A stretch of DNA of 62,634 nucleotides, the filler included. It is 6 parts of 6 records of this genome, joined end to end, with 100 filler letters (N's around TTAATTAATTAA, not from the genome) between each part and the next. Parts side by side here need not be neighbours in the genome. Positions count along the whole stretch, not along the records: positions 56,622 to 62,634 come from DRR378314_1944; 5 more parts are not named here. One strand, 5' to 3'. The translations under genes and the position numbers were made by a program. Shown here piece after piece: positions 57,010 to 62,634 of this stretch. How positions within the stretch are numbered: position 1 is the first letter of the stretch; every line of letters begins with the position of its first letter. Under the pieces are notes generated by a model. That model did no database searches. It saw nothing but the letters and a program-made list of their open reading frames with translations, and was not told where the DNA came from.

Positions 57010-57735
57010 ATGACAACCACGCCTGCTACCTTGATGGTCGTTGATGACGACTCGGAAATCCGCGAACTGTTGGCAGACTATTTAGGGCGTCACGGCTATC
57101 ACGTGTTGACCGCCGACGGGGCAGATTCGCTGTATCAGCAACTGGTTGATCAATCGCCAGACTTGTTGGTCGTTGACGTCATGATGCCGGGGGATGACGG
57201 TTTTACTATCTGCCGGGAACTGCGCAAAACCAGCGATACGCCGATTATTATGCTCACCGCCAGTGCCGATGATACCGACCGCATTTTGGGGCTTGAGTTA
57301 GGCGCTGATGACTATATCGCTAAGCCCTTCAATCCTCGTGAGTTGCTGGCGCGGATTAAAGCGGTGTTGCGTCGAGCCCGCCCGGCATCAACTGGCGCGC
57401 CGACCCAAGAGGCTCGCTGGGTTCGCTTTGGCGACTGGCAACTGGACCGCATGACCCGCGAACTGATTGACCAGGCAGGTATTCGCACCGCGCTTTCCGG
57501 CGCAGACTTCCAACTACTGCAGGTGTTTCTGGAACGGCCTGCCACCGTCATTACTCGCGATGATCTCTACACCTTGACCCGCGGACGTGAAGCACCACCG
57601 CTAGATCGCTCGATTGACGTACATGTATGTCGCTTGCGCCAGCGGCTAGGGGAAGATGCACAGCACTCCCAACTGATTCGCACTGTGCGTGGGGCTGGCT
57701 ATGTGTTGACCGCTAGGGTTGAAGCTGCTTCGTGA
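57010..57735 (+). CDS. gltR: OmpR-family response regulator, GltR-like
   Basis: Receiver domain (VVDDD, DVMMP, KPF) and winged helix (DRSIDVHVCRLR, TVRGAGY); lies upstream of a kinase and a glucose-type ABC transporter. Confidence 0.85.
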   Translation: MTTTPATLMVVDDDSEIRELLADYLGRHGYHVLTADGADSLYQQLVDQSPDLLVVDVMMPGDDGFTICRELRKTSDTPIIMLTASADDTDRILGLELGADDYIAKPFNPRELLARIKAVLRRARPASTGAPTQEARWVRFGDWQLDRMTRELIDQAGIRTALSGADFQLLQVFLERPATVITRDDLYTLTRGREAPPLDRSIDVHVCRLRQRLGEDAQHSQLIRTVRGAGYVLTARVEAAS

Positions 57736-59204
57736 AGGGCGTAAAGCGCATCCTCGCGGGTTGGTTGCCAAGCAGTCTACGTGGGCGCTTTGTGGTCATT
57801 ATGATCACGGGCGTGCTGGTTGCTCAAGCGGCTAGCTATGCGCTATGGACTTCTCAGGTGCGGGCCAGCCAGCTTGAACAGTTAGATGAGCTTTCCAGCA
57901 ACATGGCCTTCAGTATTGCCTCGACCATGCGGTTTTTCCGTTCGCTGCCGGTAGATTATCGACACATTGTGTTGGATCAGCTGCGTAGCATGGGTGGCAC
58001 GCGTTTTTTTGTCAGCGTGAATGAGCGACGCATTCATGTTGAAGATATTGGCAGCGGCCCGGAAAAAGAGGTCGTGGTAGACAACGTGCGCTCTATTTTG
58101 ACCCAGCAGCTCTCCATTGCCGATGTGGTGGTGGAATTTTCCCGCCCGGAAAGCTTGCGTGTCTTCAATAACGAAGTGCTGCTTTACGATTTACCACCCC
58201 GTTGGGGGCAGCACAGTCTGTTAATGGAGCCGCTTTCGCCCCCTATCTTAGTGGTGCAGTTGGAGCTGGCTCCGGATACCTGGCTTTACGTGGCCACACT
58301 ACTGGGCGTGCCGGATATTTTTAGCGGCTACCGTTGGCTGTCTGAAGAGCGTTTATTGGTCGGCGTGTTGGTGCTGTTAAGCGTGCTGGCGCTTTCGTTA
58401 CTTGGTATTACCAGTGTGACTCGGCCGTTGGCGCGGCTTTCCCGAGCAGCACGTCAGTTGGGTGATGATTTGGCTAGCCCGCCACTTAAAGAGAGCGGCC
58501 CTAAAGAAGTGGCCGCTACCGCAGCGGCCTTTAATCGTATGCAGCGGCGCATTCAAGAACAGATTGATGAGCGTGAGCGGCTGTTTTCGGCGATTTCTCA
58601 TGATCTTAAGACTCCCATTACACGCATGCGGCTGCGTGCCGAAATGCTCGATGATGCGGCTCAGCGTGAACGTTTTTGCGCCTCGCTTGACGAGTTGAGT
58701 GAGCTGGTCAAAGGCGCACTGGCCTCGGTCAAAGGGTTGGATCTGCATGAAGAACCCCAGCCTACAGATCTTAACGCGCTGCTGTTGGAGATTGCCGAAG
58801 GGTTACGTCTGTACGGCGGTGAGGTGTCACTCCATGGCACTGTATTACCACTAACCGTTAAGCCTCTGGCGCTAAAACGCTGCTTGGCAAACCTGCTTGA
58901 AAACGCGGTGTTTTACGGCCAGAAAGCAACCGTAACGCTGGCAGAGCAGGCGGGCATCGTAACATTGCGCATTCATGATAATGGGCCAGGTATTCCTGAT
59001 GCGCAGCTTTCCCGAGTATTTTCACCTTTTGTGCGCCTGGAAGCCTCTCGAAGCCGTTACACCGGTGGCAGTGGCCTGGGACTTGGCATTGCCAGACATA
59101 TTGCCCGTGCCCATGGAGGCGATATCGTCTTATCGAATCACTCGGCAGGTGGGTTAGTGGCCACGTTAACGCTACCGCGCCAAACGAGTGTTACTGACTT
59201 GTAA
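57732..59204 (+). CDS. Sensor histidine kinase, GtrS/GltS-like
   Basis: Two TM helices, HAMP, H-box SHDLKTPITR, N-box NLLENA, DNGPG and GSGLGL; GTGA overlap with the regulator. Confidence 0.92.
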   Translation: MKGVKRILAGWLPSSLRGRFVVIMITGVLVAQAASYALWTSQVRASQLEQLDELSSNMAFSIASTMRFFRSLPVDYRHIVLDQLRSMGGTRFFVSVNERRIHVEDIGSGPEKEVVVDNVRSILTQQLSIADVVVEFSRPESLRVFNNEVLLYDLPPRWGQHSLLMEPLSPPILVVQLELAPDTWLYVATLLGVPDIFSGYRWLSEERLLVGVLVLLSVLALSLLGITSVTRPLARLSRAARQLGDDLASPPLKESGPKEVAATAAAFNRMQRRIQEQIDERERLFSAISHDLKTPITRMRLRAEMLDDAAQRERFCASLDELSELVKGALASVKGLDLHEEPQPTDLNALLLEIAEGLRLYGGEVSLHGTVLPLTVKPLALKRCLANLLENAVFYGQKATVTLAEQAGIVTLRIHDNGPGIPDAQLSRVFSPFVRLEASRSRYTGGSGLGLGIARHIARAHGGDIVLSNHSAGGLVATLTLPRQTSVTDL

Positions 59205-59330
59205 TAAAACCCTAACACTATTAATAAATTGCCAAGACTATGCAGGACTCGGTAACTCCCGTTGTGTGCCAGGGTGGCGTACTCTGCTGTGAGTCGTTCA
59301 GTCGAGCATTATCAGCAACGACATCTCATC

Positions 59331-59366
59331 AGCACAAAAACAACAGCACAATAACAACAGCAGGAG
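59331..59366 (+). promoter_or_regulatory. AAN-repeat leader next to the RBS (Hfq/Crc-type motif)
   Basis: CACAAAAACAACAGCACAATAACAACAGC-AGGAG. Confidence 0.5.
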
Positions 59367-59372
59367 CTATTC

Positions 59373-60668
59373 ATGCCGAGTATCAATATGCCCGTATTTA
59401 ACGTACCTACGTTTAAAAAGTCCGTATTCGCATTAGCCGTGGCGGCTGGCACCAGCATGGCGGCCAGCACCAGCCAAGCCAACGAAGTGGAAGTGCTGCA
59501 CTGGTGGACCTCTGGCGGTGAAGCCCGCGCAGCAAACGTCCTCAAAGAGTTAATGGAAGCCGAAGGCTATGGCTGGCAGGATTTCGCTGTGGCCGGGGGT
59601 GGTGGTGAAACCGCCATGACGGTACTTAAGTCTCGTGCAATGTCTGGTAACCCGCCTTCCGCTGCGCTCATTAATGGCCCCGAAATTCAAGAGTGGGGCA
59701 AGCTCGGCCTTCTGGGTAATTTAGACGAGGTCGCTGCCGCTGAAGGCTGGAATGACCTACTACCTGAAATAGTTGCCGATATTATGCGCTACGACGGCCA
59801 CTATGTTGCCGTCCCCGCGAACGTTCACCGTGTTAATTGGCTATGGGCGAACCCTGACGTTCTTGAAGCGGCAGGCGTTGAAATGCCCACCACGCTGGAT
59901 GAGCTTTTTACCGCTGGTGAAGCCATTCGTGAGGCGGGTTTTGTACCGCTAGCCCATGGTGGCCAAGCGTGGCAAGACGCAACGGTGTTTGAAAGTGTCG
60001 TGCTGGGTAGCCAGGGAGCCGAGTTTTATCAGCAGGCGCTGGTGGAGCTAGACCCAGAGGCGCTTGGTGGGGAGCAGATGATCGCTGCGCTAGAAGACTT
60101 TAAGCGTCTACGTGAGCTGATGGATGAGGGCATGTCTGGCCGCGATTGGAACATTGCCACTGCCATGGTCATTGAAGGCACTGCAGGCTTCCAGATAATG
60201 GGTGACTGGGCCAAAGGGGAGTTCACCGCCGCAGGCCTTACTGCCGGTGAAGACTATCTGTGCGCGGCGGCGCCCGGTACTGAAGACGCCTTTACGTTGA
60301 ATATCGATAGCCTAACGATGTTTCGAATGAGCGACGACGCCGGGCGTGAGGCTCAGCAGACCCTGGCACGCTTAGTCTTAGAGCCGACTTTCCAGGAAGC
60401 TTTTAACCTTGCCAAAGGCTCCATTCCTGCGCGAGCCGACCTAGATATAAGTGAGTTTGATAGCTGTGCTCAGCAGTCACTTGCTGACTTCCAACGCACC
60501 GCTGATGAAGGCGGTTTAGTCCCCAGCTTGGCTCACGGGATGGCGGTGCGCGCGGATGTCCAGGGAGCGATCTTTGATGTTGTGACCAATTACTTCAATG
60601 ACACCAATATGCCTGCCGAAGAAGCTGCTGAACGGTTGGTAAGTGCGGCTGAAACCGCCTCTTTCTAA
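59373..60668 (+). CDS. gtsA: Sugar ABC transporter substrate-binding protein, glucose/mannose GtsA family
   Basis: Signal peptide, then VEVLHWWTSGGE, HRVNWLW, QIMGDWAKGEF, NIDS and PSLAHG. Confidence 0.88.
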   Translation: MPSINMPVFNVPTFKKSVFALAVAAGTSMAASTSQANEVEVLHWWTSGGEARAANVLKELMEAEGYGWQDFAVAGGGGETAMTVLKSRAMSGNPPSAALINGPEIQEWGKLGLLGNLDEVAAAEGWNDLLPEIVADIMRYDGHYVAVPANVHRVNWLWANPDVLEAAGVEMPTTLDELFTAGEAIREAGFVPLAHGGQAWQDATVFESVVLGSQGAEFYQQALVELDPEALGGEQMIAALEDFKRLRELMDEGMSGRDWNIATAMVIEGTAGFQIMGDWAKGEFTAAGLTAGEDYLCAAAPGTEDAFTLNIDSLTMFRMSDDAGREAQQTLARLVLEPTFQEAFNLAKGSIPARADLDISEFDSCAQQSLADFQRTADEGGLVPSLAHGMAVRADVQGAIFDVVTNYFNDTNMPAEEAAERLVSAAETASF

Positions 60669-60698
60669 GCCACTGCGTACTTTTAATAAGTGACGTAA

Positions 60699-60725
60699 CT
60701 AGCGCCGCCGCAACGGCGGTGCTAG
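60699..60725 (+). other. Strong intercistronic stem-loop after the binding-protein gene
   Basis: CTAGCGCCGCCG-CAA-CGGCGGTGCTAG forms 12 bp with one G-U pair and has no U-tract, typical of mRNA-stabilising hairpins. Confidence 0.65.
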
Positions 60726-60750
60726 CGGCTGACTGGCGAGGGATATTCTC

Positions 60751-61665
60751 ATGAGTGAACCCACGACGCGCACTGCAGTGCGGCCGACGGCGTCTGGCTG
60801 GCTTCAAGCCTGGCTACCCCGTTTGGTACTTGCCCCTTCTGTTGCGGTGTCTCTGTTTTTTGTTTACGGCTTTATGTTGTGGACTTTTGTGTTGTCGCTA
60901 ACCAGCTCGCGTATGTTGCCTAGCTACGATTTTGTTGGTTTTGGCCAATATACGCGGCTAATGGCCAACGAGCGTTGGTGGATAGCCTCTACCAATCTGA
61001 TGCTGTTTGGCGTGCTGTTTATTGTGATTTGTTTGGTGATTGGCGCGCTGTTGGCAATTCTACTGGATCAGAAAATTCGCCAAGAGGGCGCGCTGCGCAC
61101 GATTTATCTCTACCCCATGGCACTGTCGTTTATTGTTACGGGCGTGGTATGGAAGTGGCTGCTGAATCCCCAGCTGGGCATTCAGGCGATGGTGCAAAGC
61201 TGGGGGTTTGAGTCGTTTCGCTTCGACTGGATCGTTGATCCTGATATGGCGATTTATACCCTGGTGATTGCAGCGGTTTGGCAGGCATCCGGCTTTGTGA
61301 TGGCGCTCTTTTTGGCAGGGCTGCGGGGCATTGATGACAGCATCGTCAAAGCTGCTCAGTTAGACGGTGCTAGCCTGCCGCGTATTTACTGGCGGGTGGT
61401 GATGCCGTGCCTGCGCCCGGTGGTGTTCAGCGCGGTGATGATTCTGGCCCATATTGCGATTAAGAGCTTTGATTTAGTGGTAGCACTAACCGGCGGCGGG
61501 CCTGGCTACGCCACCGATCTGCCGGCCACCTTTATGTACACCCACGCCTTTAATCGTGCTCAGATCGGACTCGGCTCTGCTAGCGCTATGTTAATGCTCG
61601 GTGGTGTTCTGGCGATTTTGATTCCTTACCTCTATTCCGAACTAAGGAGCCGTAAACATGGCTAA
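60751..61665 (+). CDS. gtsB: Sugar ABC transporter permease
   Basis: Six TM helices, LRTIYLYPMALSFIVTG, and EAA-loop variant LRGIDDSIVKAAQLDGA. Confidence 0.9.
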   Translation: MSEPTTRTAVRPTASGWLQAWLPRLVLAPSVAVSLFFVYGFMLWTFVLSLTSSRMLPSYDFVGFGQYTRLMANERWWIASTNLMLFGVLFIVICLVIGALLAILLDQKIRQEGALRTIYLYPMALSFIVTGVVWKWLLNPQLGIQAMVQSWGFESFRFDWIVDPDMAIYTLVIAAVWQASGFVMALFLAGLRGIDDSIVKAAQLDGASLPRIYWRVVMPCLRPVVFSAVMILAHIAIKSFDLVVALTGGGPGYATDLPATFMYTHAFNRAQIGLGSASAMLMLGGVLAILIPYLYSELRSRKHG

Positions 61666-62536
61666 CGTGATTCGTCGGCAAACGCCTGCCGCACGGCTGT
61701 TACGTGCTGTGCTTTATGGCGTACTTGTTGTGGCGGGGCTGTTTTATATCCTGCCGATGGTGGTCATGCTGATGACCTCTATTAAACCGTTGAGCGAAAT
61801 AAGTGCGGGAACGCTGCTATCGCTGCCGCAAAACCCAACCCTTGAACCCTGGACGAAAGCCTGGGGAGAAGCGTGTACCGGTATGCGCTGTGAAGGTGTC
61901 GGCGGTTACTTTTGGAACTCCTTTGCAATGGTGATTCCTGCCGTGCTGATCTCCACCACGGTTGGGGCGCTAAACGGCTATGCGCTGACCAAATGGCGCT
62001 TTAAAGGCTCTGAATTGGTCTTTGCATTGATGCTATTTGGCTGCTTTATCCCGTTTCAGGTGGTGCTGTTACCAATGGCACAAACCTTGGGTTGGTTAGG
62101 GCTTTCCAGCTCACGTGCGGGGCTGATTCTGGTGCATGTGGTTTTTGGCATTGCCTTTACCACGCTGTTTTTTCGCAACTTCTATGTCGGAATTCCTAAC
62201 GAGCTGGTCTCTGCGGCGAAGCTGGATGGCGCGGGATTCTTCCGTATTTTCTGGCGCATTTTATTACCGGTTTCCGCGCCGATTATTGTCGTGTCAGTTA
62301 TCTGGCAATTTACCCAGATTTGGAATGACTTTTTGTTCGGCGTGGCGTTCTCGGCCCACAACACCCAGCCGGTGACGGTGGCGCTCAACAATTTGGTCAA
62401 TACGTCCACTGGTGTGCGTGAGTACAACGTCGATATGGCCGCCGCGATGATTGCAGCACTGCCAACGCTGGTGGTGTATGTGCTGGCCGGAAAGTATTTC
62501 GTGCGCGGTCTGACGGCAGGCTCCGTGAAAGGCTAA
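61658..62536 (+). CDS. gtsC: Sugar ABC transporter permease
   Basis: Motifs IPNELVSAAKLDGAG, WQFTQIWNDFLF and YFVRGLTAGSVKG. Confidence 0.9.
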   Translation: MANVIRRQTPAARLLRAVLYGVLVVAGLFYILPMVVMLMTSIKPLSEISAGTLLSLPQNPTLEPWTKAWGEACTGMRCEGVGGYFWNSFAMVIPAVLISTTVGALNGYALTKWRFKGSELVFALMLFGCFIPFQVVLLPMAQTLGWLGLSSSRAGLILVHVVFGIAFTTLFFRNFYVGIPNELVSAAKLDGAGFFRIFWRILLPVSAPIIVVSVIWQFTQIWNDFLFGVAFSAHNTQPVTVALNNLVNTSTGVREYNVDMAAAMIAALPTLVVYVLAGKYFVRGLTAGSVKG

Positions 62537-62580
62537 TAACAACTAAGTGAATGGCAGCAACCATTTCTAGACGGTCAGAA

Positions 62581-62634
62581 GCAGCCCTCGGCGGGAGCGC
62601 TGTAAACCCATCCATGGGCGCTACTTTCGCCATC
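62581..62634. repeat. Start of a REP/MITE-like palindromic element, truncated by window end
   Basis: GGGAGCGCTGTAAACCCATCCATGGGCGCTAC has a CCCAT/ATGGG hairpin inside AGCGC/GCGCT and resembles gammaproteobacterial CATCCATG repeats. Confidence 0.55.

Overview
The window is not one locus. It is six contigs joined by 100-nt N/TTAATTAATTAA spacers, as in a concatenated metagenome. Contigs 1 (1-13665), 3 (20337-44203) and 5 (50451-56521) come from an intron-rich eukaryote, probably one protist, using the standard genetic code. They carry VPS35L, an FLVCR-like MFS transporter, GNA1, DTWD1, a 6TM K+ channel, a PDI-like thioredoxin, a large RCC1/Cys-rich/multi-TM surface protein, ICln and TMEM135. 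Contigs 2 (13766-20236) and 4 (44304-50350) look like Rhodobacteraceae (Roseobacter-like). Contig 2 has a tRNA 3' end, a zinc-ribbon membrane protein, a Crp regulator with its predicted box, and a polyol smoK-smoS-mtlK-kinase operon. Contig 4 has ybeY-corC-lnt-metK with a SAM-SAH riboswitch, an orphan response regulator with a CtrA box, and trmB. Contig 6 (56622-62634) looks Halomonas-like and carries gltR, a sensor kinase and gtsABC. I found no CRISPR array, phage, or intact transposon, and no clearly new multi-gene system. The best leads are a PTS2-like signal on GNA1, an extracellular RCC1-propeller receptor, a Crp-box-controlled ORF interrupted by two TAG codons, altered ligand residues in GtsA, and a dominant GTRCG splice donor. 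All exon models and family calls were made by eye, without database searches.
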